In this document: positions 8,790-19,095 of the stretch, piece by piece
Numbering within the stretch: position 1 is the first letter of the stretch
Layout: every line of letters starts with the position of its first letter
Assembly: GCA_021817145.1 (NCBI GenBank)
Contig: JAKAVV010000001.1
Location: 151,279 to 215,278, forward strand
DNA: 64,000 nucleotides
Source: a bacterium
Lineage (GTDB): Bacteria > Vulcanimicrobiota > JABDET01
Reading direction: 5' to 3'
The notes under the pieces: generated by a model
What the model was told of the DNA's origin: nothing
Databases searched by the model: none
Seen by the model: only the letters and a program-made list of their open reading frames with translations
Translations under genes and position numbers: made by a program

Positions 8790-9500
8790 TTAAGATTGTA
8801 AACTTTTTGTTACCATTTCTTTTCCTTTTTTGATTCCGATTAATTTCTGCTGCATGGCGACAACAACAGCATGGGTTCTATCGTTGACATGGAGTTTCTG
8901 GAAGATATTGCTGATGTGGTTTTTTATCGTCCTTTCTGTAATGGAGAGTTTTTGGGCAATCTCTTTATTGGATAATCCGTCAGCAACCCAGTTTAAAACT
9001 TCAATTTCCCGAGGAGTTAAGTGATCATAAACTTTTTCTTCAAGTCCTTGAGGAGTTTCATCTTTTTCATAAAATTCTCTAAATTCTTTCAGCAAAATGC
9101 TGGCAATTCGACTGGAAAGCAGAGCCTCCCCTTGAGAAATGGATCGAATGGCTCGCAGCAGCTGCTGAGGGGACTCATCTTTCAATAAATATCCCATAGC
9201 CCCTGCCTTTATGGCGGGAATTACAGCATTTGGATCATCGGCAATGGTCAGCATAATGACTTGAACCCCAGGATTCTGTTTACGAATCAGTCGAGTGGCT
9301 TTGATTCCATCCAAGGCAGGCAGGGTAATGTCCATAAGCACCACATCAGGAAGGGTCTCTCCTATTTTTCGGATGGCATCATTTCCATTTAATGCGTATC
9401 CTATGACCTCTATGTCTGGTTCTTTTTCCAGGACTCTTTTTAATCCCTCAATAAAGAAAAGCTGATCGTCAACAATAAAAATTCGGGTCGAATTTTTCAT
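8790..9500 (-). CDS. NarL/LuxR-family response regulator
   Basis: Receiver (IVDD, LMDI) plus LTPREIEVL...GLSNKEIA HTH; ATGA overlap with the kinase places the start at 9500. Confidence 0.93.
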   Translation of the reverse strand: MKNSTRIFIVDDQLFFIEGLKRVLEKEPDIEVIGYALNGNDAIRKIGETLPDVVLMDITLPALDGIKATRLIRKQNPGVQVIMLTIADDPNAVIPAIKAGAMGYLLKDESPQQLLRAIRSISQGEALLSSRIASILLKEFREFYEKDETPQGLEEKVYDHLTPREIEVLNWVADGLSNKEIAQKLSITERTIKNHISNIFQKLHVNDRTHAVVVAMQQKLIGIKKGKEMVTKSLQS

Positions 9501-10144
9501 GATTTGCAAGGAACCATGACTTTAAGCATAGTTCCTCTTCCGTTTTCAGATTCAATGATCAGTTCTCCCCCCATTTGTTCGGCTCGTTCTTTTATAAATT
9601 TTAAACCAAAATGGGGAGAGTTATTGGTTTTTTCCGTGAGGATCATTCCTGTTCCATTATCTTTTATAGAAGCAGAAAGAGCGTATTTTTGAATTTTCAG
9701 CGAAACTTCGCAAAATGTGGCTTGAGCGTGTTTTAAAATATTGTGCAGTCCTTCCTGGATAAACAATTGAACAAAATTTCTGACTTCGCGCGGCACTTCT
9801 GAATCTTCTCCTTCAGTTAGAAATCTGACTGGAATTTGAGCTCGTTCTTTGAAATCGTTGATAGAATCTCGGATCACTGGGATCAAGGGCCACGGCTCTT
9901 CATTTCTAAGTTCATGGATCGCGTGCCTGATTTCAGTAACCGCAATTTTAATTGCCTGGCGAGCTCCTTCTAGATCTTCAGACTTTCCTTCTTGTTCATA
10001 TAAGTTTAAAAGGAATAGAGCATGGGAAAGAGTTTGAGCTGCTCGTGAATGAAGCTCTTCGCCAATTCTTCTTCTTTCTTCTTGAAGAAGTTCTTCCGGG
10101 CTTAAATTCGAATGGTCCTTTGCAGTGGAGCTGGAATTTCTCAT
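9497..10144 (-). CDS. HisKA_3-type histidine kinase without sensor or TM domain
   Basis: EERRRIGEELH H-box, EGLHNILKHA N-box, DNGTG and HFGL; start chosen downstream of upp. Confidence 0.85.
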   Translation of the reverse strand: MRNSSSTAKDHSNLSPEELLQEERRRIGEELHSRAAQTLSHALFLLNLYEQEGKSEDLEGARQAIKIAVTEIRHAIHELRNEEPWPLIPVIRDSINDFKERAQIPVRFLTEGEDSEVPREVRNFVQLFIQEGLHNILKHAQATFCEVSLKIQKYALSASIKDNGTGMILTEKTNNSPHFGLKFIKERAEQMGGELIIESENGRGTMLKVMVPCKS

Positions 10145-10184
10145 TGATAACTGTATTCTTACCAGGGGTTCATCATCCCTGCCA

Positions 10185-10811
10185 TTACTGAGTTCCAAAA
10201 AGTCTGTCCCCAGCATCCCCAAGTCCTGGCACAATATACCCTTTTTTGTTTAAAACTTCATCGACTGCTGCTGTGAAGATTGGAATATTTGGGTGTATTT
10301 TGGTGATTTCTTCAATTCCTTTTCTGGAAGCAATCAAACAGATCAGAGAAATTTCTTTTCCTCCTATTTTTTTAATATAGTCAATGGCAGCGATAGAAGA
10401 TCCTCCTGTTGCCAACATGGGATCTAAAATAAAAAGATGACGTTCTGATAAATCTTCTGGAAGTTTTGCGTAATATTCAACTGGCTTTAAGGTGTCGTGT
10501 TCTCGATAAATGCCCAGATGTCCGACTTTTGCCGCCGGGATCAGTTTTAAGATCCCATTCACCATTCCTAATCCTGCGCGTAAAATAGGGACAAGACCCA
10601 GTTTTTTTCCAGAGATGACCTTTGCGCTGCATTCTCCTAATGGGGTTTCAACTCGAATTTTTTCAAGAGGAAGATTTCGAGTGGCTTCATAAGCCATCAG
10701 GGTTGAGATTTCTTCAACCAGATCTCTAAAATCTTTTGGACCAGTGTTTTTGTCTCTAAGAATACTGATTTTATGCTGCACCAGAGGATGGGTGATAAGT
10801 TCAACAGACAT
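10185..10811 (-). CDS. upp: Uracil phosphoribosyltransferase
   Basis: [18 protein letters not shown] and [13 protein letters not shown]. Confidence 0.97.
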   Translation of the reverse strand: MSVELITHPLVQHKISILRDKNTGPKDFRDLVEEISTLMAYEATRNLPLEKIRVETPLGECSAKVISGKKLGLVPILRAGLGMVNGILKLIPAAKVGHLGIYREHDTLKPVEYYAKLPEDLSERHLFILDPMLATGGSSIAAIDYIKKIGGKEISLICLIASRKGIEEITKIHPNIPIFTAAVDEVLNKKGYIVPGLGDAGDRLFGTQ

Positions 10812-11253
10812 TTCTCAGTTCCTGATTTTGAATTTTTTCGATTCTTCGTTTATGATGGCCGCCTTGAAAATCAGTTTCCAGCCAGGCTTTCACAATGGCT
10901 TTTGCGACTTCTCCGCCAATAATTCTTCCTCCCATTGTCAGGATATTCGCATTATTATGGGCGCTGCTGAAATACGCGCTGACAGGTTCATGGCATAAAG
11001 CAGCTCGTATTCCTGGAAATTTATTGGCTGATATGCTCATTCCTATCCCTGTGCCGCAGATGAGAATACCTTTTTGAGCTGTTTTTCTTAAAATTGAGGA
11101 GGCGACTTTTTCAGCAATATCGGGATAATCCACAGGATCCATTGAAAAGCATCCACAGTCCTCCAGCTCTATTTTTAGAGACTGGATCAAGTATTCTTTA
11201 ATGGTCTCTTTTAGAAGATACCCTGCATGGTCACTTCCGATCGCTATTTTCAC
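10801..11253 (-). CDS. rpiB: Ribose 5-phosphate isomerase B
   Basis: [19 protein letters not shown] and HNNAN. Confidence 0.96.
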   Translation of the reverse strand: MKIAIGSDHAGYLLKETIKEYLIQSLKIELEDCGCFSMDPVDYPDIAEKVASSILRKTAQKGILICGTGIGMSISANKFPGIRAALCHEPVSAYFSSAHNNANILTMGGRIIGGEVAKAIVKAWLETDFQGGHHKRRIEKIQNQELRNVC

Positions 11254-11704
11254 TGTTTTTAATCCTTTCGAACGCTATTTCTACCGCTTTTTTTATTTCA
11301 CGGTAGGTTTTTTCATAAACTTCTAAAGAGGTTCCAATTGGATCTTCAATATCCCCCTTTTCATGCACAAATTCCTTGAGGGTAAAGAGTTTTCCTTGCA
11401 TTTGCTGAAATTGTTTTAGAATTTCTTGTTTCTGCTTTTCAGTCATAGTTAAAATGAGGTAGCTCTCTGCCGCCAATTCTGGGGTTAAAGGTTGGCTGAC
11501 ATGGGAGGAAATGTTAATTCCATCTTTTTGACACAATTCAATCGCGATTTCCGATGCTTTCATTCCATAAGCAGCATTTGTCCCAGCGGAAAACCCTTTT
11601 AAATGATCCCCTAAATTCCTATTGTCTGCCAGAGAGTTGAAATACCCCTCTGCCATCGGGCTTCTACAGGTATTACCAGCGCAAACAAAAACGATTTTTT
11701 TCAT
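11231..11704 (-). CDS. Low-molecular-weight protein arginine/tyrosine phosphatase (YwlE-like)
   Basis: CAGNTCRSPMAE P-loop and DIEDP; Bacillus-like ywlC-ywlE-rpiB gene order. Confidence 0.92.
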   Translation of the reverse strand: MKKIVFVCAGNTCRSPMAEGYFNSLADNRNLGDHLKGFSAGTNAAYGMKASEIAIELCQKDGINISSHVSQPLTPELAAESYLILTMTEKQKQEILKQFQQMQGKLFTLKEFVHEKGDIEDPIGTSLEVYEKTYREIKKAVEIAFERIKNSENSDRK

Positions 11705-12336
11705 GATAACGCTTTTTGGATATCTTTTTCAGAGACAGCTCCAATTCTTAAAATTTTAATCTCCTTTTTTTCACAAGACACAATAGTGGATTCCAGTCCA
11801 ATGTTCGATCTACCTCCATCCAGGATCAAGGGGATTTTTCCTTTTAACTGTTCCAAAGCATCTTCCGCTGTTTTAGGAGATGGTTTCCCTGAAAGATTGG
11901 CTGAAGTGACAGCCAGAGGTTCATGGATGGCATCAATGACTGCCAATGGAATTGAATGGGAGGGAAGTCTGATTCCAATGGTTTGGGTTTCTGAAGTAAT
12001 CCATTGGGAGAGTCCAGGTTTTGCCTGAAAGATAATTGTCAAAGGACCTGGCCAGAATTTGTCTATTAATTTTTGAGCGCTGTCTGAAATATTCTGAACG
12101 ATTTTTGAAAGCATTTTGGTCCTCGAGATCATGACAGGAAGAGTTTTGTTAAAATCTCTCCCTTTAATTTTATAAATTTTCTCTAGAGCGTTTTCAGATG
12201 AATAAAGAGCTGCCAGCCCATAAACAGTTTCAGTTGGAAAGATAATCGGTTCTCCCTTTTTTAATCTTTCCGCAGCTTCTTCAATGATCTCTAAATTTTC
12301 AGTTTCTGGGTCAAGAGCTTTGATTTTTGTTTTCAT
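11701..12336 (-). CDS. tsaC: L-threonylcarbamoyladenylate synthase (YrdC/Sua5 family)
   Basis: FPTETVYGL, KGR, WPGPLT and TSANLSG. Confidence 0.93.
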   Translation of the reverse strand: MKTKIKALDPETENLEIIEEAAERLKKGEPIIFPTETVYGLAALYSSENALEKIYKIKGRDFNKTLPVMISRTKMLSKIVQNISDSAQKLIDKFWPGPLTIIFQAKPGLSQWITSETQTIGIRLPSHSIPLAVIDAIHEPLAVTSANLSGKPSPKTAEDALEQLKGKIPLILDGGRSNIGLESTIVSCEKKEIKILRIGAVSEKDIQKALS

Positions 12337-13208
12337 GGCATTTCATCCCCTTTACTGATGAGAATAACACGATCCTGTCCCGAAATATCCTTTTTAATAG
12401 AATAAGCGCGATAAAGGTTTTTATAATGTTTCAGCAGGGTTTCAATTGGCTCTCGTTTTTTGGGATCGATTTCTAGAATGCAGTATCCTGGCGATTTCAG
12501 AAAAGACCAGAGATTGGGGATAATTTTTCGATAGGATTCAAGTCCATCTTCTCCCCCATAAAAAGCGCCATAAGGCTCAAATTTCAAATCAGTCGTGATT
12601 TCTCCTGATGCAAGATAAGGGGGATTAGAGATAATCAGATCAAATTTTTCTTTCTGCTTAAGAGCGGAGAAGAAATCCCCTTTCAGAAATCGCGCTCTTT
12701 CATCCACTTTATGGGCGCGGGAATTCTCTTTCGCGTAATTTAAAGCGGTTTCTGAGATATCGATCCCTACTCCATATCCATAAGGGTATTCTCTTAAAAG
12801 AGTGATTAAAATAGCTCCGCTTCCTGTTCCTAAATCTAAAATTGAAATTGGCTGATGAGAAGGGAAGAGTCTGCAGCTTTCTTCAATCAGAACTTCTGTG
12901 TCAGCCCTTGGGATGAGAACCCCTGGTCCCACTTTAAACGTTAACGAAAAAAACTCTTTTTTCTTCCTTAAATAAGCTGTAGGCGCGCCATCAGCTCGCT
13001 GTTTTATTAAGGTTTCAAAAAGGGACATAATTTCCATGGGGATCTTTTTTTCGGGAAAGCGATACAGGTCTATTCTTTCCACGTTCAGTGTGTATGCAAG
13101 AAGGATTTCAGCTTCTAATCTTGGAGATGAAATATGCGACTGTTCAAAAAATAGAACCTCTTTTTTTAATGCCTCATCAATACTGACTGACTCTTGCATG
13201 ATCCACAT
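12333..13208 (-). CDS. prmC: Release factor glutamine methyltransferase
   Basis: VLIPRADTE, DLGTGSG and SNPPY. Confidence 0.95.
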   Translation of the reverse strand: MWIMQESVSIDEALKKEVLFFEQSHISSPRLEAEILLAYTLNVERIDLYRFPEKKIPMEIMSLFETLIKQRADGAPTAYLRKKKEFFSLTFKVGPGVLIPRADTEVLIEESCRLFPSHQPISILDLGTGSGAILITLLREYPYGYGVGIDISETALNYAKENSRAHKVDERARFLKGDFFSALKQKEKFDLIISNPPYLASGEITTDLKFEPYGAFYGGEDGLESYRKIIPNLWSFLKSPGYCILEIDPKKREPIETLLKHYKNLYRAYSIKKDISGQDRVILISKGDEMP

Positions 13209-13267
13209 TTCTTTTTTTTCTCCTATAAAAAGGAGAAACCTCCAATTTTTTCTAATGTTTAACCAAA

Positions 13268-14521
13268 ATGCCGAAATCGAAATTTAGAAAATTTTTAAGT
13301 TTTATGAGGGTTTTCGGCCCCGGTTTTATTGTTATGATCGCTGATATGGATGCCGGTTCTATTGTTACGGCAGGAGTCTCTGGAGCTAACTGGGGATATA
13401 AACTCATTTTATGGCAGATTCTTTTAATTTATCCTCTTTATCTTGTTCAATCCATTACAGCCCGACTTGGATGTGTTTCAAATAAGGGACATGGTGAATT
13501 GATTCGTGAATATTATGGAGATTTCTGGGGGGTTTTTGCGACAGCTACTCTTTCTGTTGTTGTTTTCGCTTCTCTTTTAACTGAATTTTTAGGAATTGCA
13601 GCTGCTGGGGAAATTTTTGATATTCCCAAGTACTTGTCTGTTGGGATCAGTCTGGTGATCTTGATTCTTGTCGCTTTATCCGGATCTTACAAAAAAGCTG
13701 AAAATATAGCTTTGGTTTTTGCCTTGTCAAGTTTTGTTTTTGTTCCTGCTGCAGCTGCTGCCAAACCCGATCTTCATGCTCTAGTTTTTTCGGGTATTTT
13801 CGGGAGTCAGCCGATTTTGAATCAAAATTATTTGTGGTTAATTGCAGCCAATGCTGGAGCAGTGATTATGCCATGGATGATTTATTATCAGCAGAGCGCT
13901 ACTGTTGATAAGGGATTATGTCCTAAAGATATCAAGGAAACAAAAATTGATACTTTAATTGGATCGATTGCGACCCAGATTTTAATGATTGCTGTGATTG
14001 CTTTGACTGCAGCCACTCTTTTCCCTCATCACGTTATTCCTTCAACCGCGAAAGCTCTTGCTTTGTCTCTGATTCCATTGGCAGGAAAATATGCAGGGTA
14101 TTTTTTTTGCGCAGGGCTTTATACCTCCTCTTTTCTAGCGGCTTTTGTGGTTTCCATGGCTTTTTCGTGGGCTGCATCTGAAACCTGGGGAGGGAGCCAC
14201 AGTTTGAATGATAAGTTTCAAGATGCGAAAAGTTTTTATATCATTTATATGCTTTTTTTGATTGTATCGGCCGCGATCGTTTTAATTCCAGAAATTCCAC
14301 TGGTAAGAATCATGGTAGATGTGGAAGCCTTTAATGGTTTTGTTCTACCTATTGTTTTAGGATTTTTAATTGCGCTGGCGGGAAATAAAAAAATTCTTGG
14401 AGAGCACGTCTATTCTAAAAAGACTTTAATTTTTATCGCTTTCTTGGGTATGATTATCGTTGTCTTAGGAGTTTTAACCTCTCTTCCGCCAACCTGGTTG
14501 AAACTTGTTGGGTTTGGATAA
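13268..14521 (+). CDS. Nramp-family divalent cation transporter (NrmT-like subgroup)
   Basis: GPGFIVMIADMDAGS and GAVIMPW; about 11 hydrophobic segments. Confidence 0.9.
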   Translation: MPKSKFRKFLSFMRVFGPGFIVMIADMDAGSIVTAGVSGANWGYKLILWQILLIYPLYLVQSITARLGCVSNKGHGELIREYYGDFWGVFATATLSVVVFASLLTEFLGIAAAGEIFDIPKYLSVGISLVILILVALSGSYKKAENIALVFALSSFVFVPAAAAAKPDLHALVFSGIFGSQPILNQNYLWLIAANAGAVIMPWMIYYQQSATVDKGLCPKDIKETKIDTLIGSIATQILMIAVIALTAATLFPHHVIPSTAKALALSLIPLAGKYAGYFFCAGLYTSSFLAAFVVSMAFSWAASETWGGSHSLNDKFQDAKSFYIIYMLFLIVSAAIVLIPEIPLVRIMVDVEAFNGFVLPIVLGFLIALAGNKKILGEHVYSKKTLIFIAFLGMIIVVLGVLTSLPPTWLKLVGFG

Positions 14522-14544
14522 GGACACAGGGGACGATCCCCTTT

Positions 14545-15237
14545 TTACCACAACTCTTTTCCTAAAATTTCTTTTAACTTTTCCAGTCCTTTTTGTATGA
14601 CTCTAGAAACTTTTCTTTGACTGAGTCCGAGTTTTTTTCCGATCTCCATTTGGGTCAGATCATAATAGAAAAACAGATAAATCGTTTTTTTTTCTACAGA
14701 AAGGAGCTTTTCAATTGCTTGATACAGAGTGATTTTATCTTCTACAGGAAGCTGAAAACTGATTAATTTTTGCGATTTCAGCTTCTGTCGAAGCGATTCG
14801 AATTCTTCTTCTGCAGCAGGCATCAGGGGATTAGAAACAAATTCTTGGAGTTTCAGAGCTTCAGTAATCCCTTCTTCAGCAATATTTAATGATTCTGCGA
14901 CTTCTTTAGAGGTTGGATGTCTGCCTAACTGCTGGGCTAGTTTTTCTGATTCCTGACCAATTTTGTAGAGTAAGAAGCGCAGCCAGCGAGGAGGTTTGAC
15001 CAAATTTCCTTTATCTCGCAAGTAGTGACGAATTTCACCTGCAATTTGAGAGAGGGCATAGTGGTTGAATTCTGACTCTCGGGTAGAGTCAAAGTGGTCC
15101 ACGGCTTTAATTAAGCCTATGGCTCCTACCTGAATTAAGTCCTCTAAAAATTCACCATGGCTTCTGCGGAAAAACTTTTTCGCCGTTGTTTCAACCAAGG
15201 GCATATGTTGGAGAATGACTGCAGTTCGATCTTCCAT
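14545..15237 (-). CDS. Alternative sigma-70 factor, SigB/SigF-like
   Basis: EDLIQVGAIGLIKAVDHFD, GEIRHYLRD and region-4 TQMEIGKKLGLSQ. Confidence 0.9.
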   Translation of the reverse strand: MEDRTAVILQHMPLVETTAKKFFRRSHGEFLEDLIQVGAIGLIKAVDHFDSTRESEFNHYALSQIAGEIRHYLRDKGNLVKPPRWLRFLLYKIGQESEKLAQQLGRHPTSKEVAESLNIAEEGITEALKLQEFVSNPLMPAAEEEFESLRQKLKSQKLISFQLPVEDKITLYQAIEKLLSVEKKTIYLFFYYDLTQMEIGKKLGLSQRKVSRVIQKGLEKLKEILGKELW

Positions 15238-15294
15238 GAAAAGTAATCACCTCTCATACATGCCTCACAATGCTGAAAACGGCAGCTTTCTGTT

Positions 15295-16545
15295 TTAATG
15301 CCCCCCCTGGTTTCCTAACTGTCCAATCAGAGAGTAAAGCGGTAAGAAAACCGAAATGACAATAAATCCTACAATTCCACCCATTCCTAAAATCAAAAGA
15401 GGCTCCAGCATAGAAGTTAAGGATGCCAGCATGTATTCAACTTCAGTATCATAAAAATCAGCGATTTTAGACAGCATGGCATCTAGATTTCCGGTTTCTT
15501 CTCCAACAGAGACCATCTGTGTTACCATGGGAGGGAATAGTCCTGAATCTTGTAATGGGCCCGCAATGCTCTCTCCTTCTCTAATGCTTTCTCGTACTTT
15601 TATAATCGTTTCAGCAACTACTTCGTTCCCTGATACTTTTCCTACAATCTCAAGAGCCTGCATGATCGGAACCCCTGAACTTAAAAGGGTTCCAAGTGTG
15701 CGGCAGAAACGAGAGATAGAGACTTTTTTGTTTAACATGCCAAAAACAGGGAGCTGCAATTTAAACTGGTCAAACTGCCGTTTTCCTGTTTGTGTTTGAA
15801 CCCATTTAGCAAAAATAATGAGTAAGAAAATTATCACGCTAACAACAGCTAAATCAATATACCAGACTCTGACCCCTTCTGTGATTCCAATTAAAATTTT
15901 TGTTGGAAGTGGGAGAGCGACATCCATCCCTTTAAACAGGTTGACAAAAGTGGGAAGGATCCATCCAACCAGAAAAGTCACAATCAGCATAGCCATGACT
16001 AAAATGACAACAGGGTATGTCATGGCTGCTTTGACTTTTTTCTTTAAGTTGAAATCTCTTTCCATAAAACCTGCCAGACGATCCAGCACTTCATCCAAAA
16101 CACCTCCCAATTCCCCTGCTCGCACCATGCTTACATAAAGATTAGAGAAAACAGAAGGATATTTCGACATAGAATTGGAGAGAGACTGTCCACCTTCCAC
16201 ATCTCTCCGAACAGAAAGGAGGGTTTCCTGCAGTTTTCTATCTTCTGTCTGTTCAGAAAGGATGTCAAGACACCGCACCATTGCAAGTCCTGCATTAATC
16301 ATTGTAGAGAATTGGCGGCTGAAAACTGTTAAAGCTTGATCGTTAACTTTTTGGTACTTGCGAAGAGGGGCAAGTATGTCGTTTTTCCAGTCCGCCTGTC
16401 CGCCGCCTTTTCTTTCTTGTATTTCAATGATGGTCAGCTTCTGTTCTCTAAGCTTATTTTGTACTAACCGTTGACTTTCCGCTTCAATGGTCTCTTGAAT
16501 GACCCGCCCATCCGCGGTTTTAGCTTTATATGTATATTGAGGCAT
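15295..16545 (-). CDS. pilC: Type IV pilus platform protein PilC (GspF family)
   Basis: FSRQFSTMINAG, AGELGG and GEETGNL. Confidence 0.93.
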   Translation of the reverse strand: MPQYTYKAKTADGRVIQETIEAESQRLVQNKLREQKLTIIEIQERKGGGQADWKNDILAPLRKYQKVNDQALTVFSRQFSTMINAGLAMVRCLDILSEQTEDRKLQETLLSVRRDVEGGQSLSNSMSKYPSVFSNLYVSMVRAGELGGVLDEVLDRLAGFMERDFNLKKKVKAAMTYPVVILVMAMLIVTFLVGWILPTFVNLFKGMDVALPLPTKILIGITEGVRVWYIDLAVVSVIIFLLIIFAKWVQTQTGKRQFDQFKLQLPVFGMLNKKVSISRFCRTLGTLLSSGVPIMQALEIVGKVSGNEVVAETIIKVRESIREGESIAGPLQDSGLFPPMVTQMVSVGEETGNLDAMLSKIADFYDTEVEYMLASLTSMLEPLLILGMGGIVGFIVISVFLPLYSLIGQLGNQGGH

Positions 16546-16608
16546 ACAAGCTTAACCCCCTGTAAAATTTTTAATTTTTCTCTTAGACACTAAAATAAAA
16601 TGCAAAAT

Positions 16609-16680
16609 TCAAACCCGATAAGCTAATCCTACCAATGTCATTGCTAAAAATAAAAGCCACCACCATCCTGAAGGCAACAT
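16609..16680 (-). CDS. Unannotated 23-aa hydrophobic peptide MLPSGWWWLLFLAMTLVGLAYRV
   Basis: Strong SD GGGAGGTG 5 nt before the ATG; one TM-like stretch; lies between the two pilC genes on the same strand. Confidence 0.6.
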   Translation of the reverse strand: MLPSGWWWLLFLAMTLVGLAYRV

Positions 16681-16749
16681 TTTTTCACCTCCCTTTCTTA
16701 AATCTGCGTTATCTGACAAACCTTCTAGGAAGGATAAAAAACTCCTTTT

Positions 16750-17973
16750 TCATCCGCCCCCATTCATGCTAAAATGCCCAATCAGAGAATAAATAGGCAG
16801 AAATATTGAAATGACCACAAATCCTACAATCAACCCCATGGCTGCAATTAAAATTGGTTCAAGAAGTTTTGTAAATCGAATGAGAGTTAATTCAATTTCT
16901 GCGTCATAGAAATCAGCTACTTTTTTCAGCATTTTAGGGAGTTCTCCTGTTTGTTCTCCTACTTGGAGCATACTGACAGCAAGAGAAGGAAAGATTTTTG
17001 ATTCTTCCAGGGGAGCTGAAATCGTGCTGCCGTATTTGACTGCTTGTCTAGCCTGGTCAACCGCTTCGTTTAATACTTCATTTCCTGTCACACGGCCTAC
17101 AATATCAAGGGACTGCATGAGAGGGACACCTGCTGCTATAAGAGTGGAAAGAGTTCTGCAGAAACGGGAGGCTGCCACTTTTTTGTTTAGATCTCCAAAA
17201 ATAGGCATGAATAAAAGCCATTGATGATAATGCCTTCTTCCAACAGCAGTCCTCAAATACTGTGAAAGAAGAAAAGCCAGCACACCTAAAATTCCTATTA
17301 TTATAAGAATGAAAAAAGGATTTTTTGCGAGATTAACCGTGAACATTAAGATTTGGGTTGGAAGAGGGGTTGGCACATGGAATCCGCGAAATAAGCTGAT
17401 GAATTTAGGAAAAATGTAAATCACCAAAAGGAAAGCGATAAGAACGCAGAAGCTGAAAACAACGATCGGATAAGTAAGGGCTGATCTCAGCCGTTTTCGA
17501 ATAAAAGCGTCTTTCTCGAGATAATTTGCCATCCGTTCCAAAATATCCCCCATATCACCTGATAGTTCTCCCGCTTTTATAAGCTCCAGGTAAACAGGGT
17601 TAAAAACGTCAGGGTAACGGGCTAAAGCTTGAGAAAGAGAATTTCCTGCTTTGACATGTTCTCTTACAAGGAGAATAACATCTTCAAGTCTTAGATTATC
17701 CCCTTTTCTGCTGAGCAGATCCAGACACCGCATAATGGGAAGTCCGGCTTTTATCATTGCTGCGAATTGTCTTGTAAAAATAGCAATGCTGTCCTGATTC
17801 ACTTTTTGAAGTTTATGAAGAAAAAGCAGGAGTTTGGTTTGTTCCTGAATTTTTTTAATTTGATAGCGGTACTGTTTTAAAGCCTCAAGCGCCTGAATTC
17901 GAGTTTTTGCTTCAAGAATCCCTCTAACAGTTCTTCCTTCGTCATTGACTGCTTCATAAACGTATGTGGGCAT
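16750..17973 (-). CDS. pilC: Second PilC/GspF-family platform protein
   Basis: FTRQFAAMIKAG, AGELSG and GEQTGEL. Confidence 0.92.
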   Translation of the reverse strand: MPTYVYEAVNDEGRTVRGILEAKTRIQALEALKQYRYQIKKIQEQTKLLLFLHKLQKVNQDSIAIFTRQFAAMIKAGLPIMRCLDLLSRKGDNLRLEDVILLVREHVKAGNSLSQALARYPDVFNPVYLELIKAGELSGDMGDILERMANYLEKDAFIRKRLRSALTYPIVVFSFCVLIAFLLVIYIFPKFISLFRGFHVPTPLPTQILMFTVNLAKNPFFILIIIGILGVLAFLLSQYLRTAVGRRHYHQWLLFMPIFGDLNKKVAASRFCRTLSTLIAAGVPLMQSLDIVGRVTGNEVLNEAVDQARQAVKYGSTISAPLEESKIFPSLAVSMLQVGEQTGELPKMLKKVADFYDAEIELTLIRFTKLLEPILIAAMGLIVGFVVISIFLPIYSLIGHFSMNGGG

Positions 17974-18003
17974 TTTGATTGTACAGCCCCTTGTTAAAAA
18001 AGG

Positions 18004-19089
18004 TTATCTGGTCCCTTCAATCAGGCGGCGCAGTTCATCCGGGTGAGCAGTTCTTGCCATTGCTTCTTCTGCTGAAATTTGTTTATTATGATAAAGATCC
18101 AGGAGGCTTTGATCCATGGTTTGCATTCCAAATTTAGAGCCTGTCTGCAAATGAGAGTAGATTTGATGAGTTTTGCCATCTCGGATCAAGCTCCTGAGCG
18201 CAGGAGTGGCTAATAAGACTTCGACAGCCGGAATTCTCCCAATTCCACTGACATGAGGGATCAGCTGCATAGAGAAAATAGCTTCTAAAACACTTGCTAA
18301 CTGAATTCTGACCTGCTGCTGCTGATGGGGGGGAAACACATCAATAATTCGATCAATGGTTTGAGCTGCATCAACAGTATGCAGGGTTGATAAGACTAAA
18401 TGCCCTGTTTCTGCTGCTGTTAAAGTGGCAGCAATGGTCTCGGGATCCCGCATTTCTCCTACCATAATGACATTGGGGTCTTCACGCAGAACAGAGCGAA
18501 GAGCAATTCCCCATGACTGCGCATCCTGTCCTATTTCTCTCTGGTTAATCATTGATTTTTTATGTCCATGAATATATTCAATTGGGTCTTCAACAGTAAT
18601 AATATGGCACTGGCGCTCAGCATTGATGGAATCAATCATGCATGCAAGGGTTGTAGATTTTCCAACTCCGGTAGCGCCTGTTACAAGAATCAATCCATAA
18701 GGGCGTTTAATAATTTCATCCAGAATCGGAGGAAGATTTAATTCTTCGCGAGATTGAATGGTATGGGGGATATGTCTGAAAGCAGCTCCATAAGCCCCTC
18801 TTTGTTTGAAAATGTTGACTCTAAATCTTCCGTACCCTTTGACTCCATGGGAACAGTCCAAATCCCATTGTTTTTCGAGCTTTTCTTTTTGTTTGTCATT
18901 TAAGATGCCATAGATTAATCTTTTTGTGTCTTCTGCTGTCAGTCGTGGAAATTCGGTTGGCGTTAATTTTCCATCAATTCGGAGCATGGGGGGAAGTCCC
19001 ACAGCTAAGTGCAAATCAGAGGCTCCTCTTTCTACTGTCAGTTTTAAGAGTTCATCCATTCCTAATTTTAGAGGTTCAGTTGTCAGCAT
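18004..19089 (-). CDS. pilT: Type IV pilus retraction ATPase
   Basis: ASDLHL, GATGVGKSTT, EDPIE, VGEMRD and TLHT. Confidence 0.95.
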   Translation of the reverse strand: MLTTEPLKLGMDELLKLTVERGASDLHLAVGLPPMLRIDGKLTPTEFPRLTAEDTKRLIYGILNDKQKEKLEKQWDLDCSHGVKGYGRFRVNIFKQRGAYGAAFRHIPHTIQSREELNLPPILDEIIKRPYGLILVTGATGVGKSTTLACMIDSINAERQCHIITVEDPIEYIHGHKKSMINQREIGQDAQSWGIALRSVLREDPNVIMVGEMRDPETIAATLTAAETGHLVLSTLHTVDAAQTIDRIIDVFPPHQQQQVRIQLASVLEAIFSMQLIPHVSGIGRIPAVEVLLATPALRSLIRDGKTHQIYSHLQTGSKFGMQTMDQSLLDLYHNKQISAEEAMARTAHPDELRRLIEGTR

Positions 19090-19095
19090 TCTTTA

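Noticed and set aside
10145-10234. Longer N-terminus of the histidine kinase
   Set aside because: It overlaps the conserved upp C-terminus in another frame and adds no sensor domain.
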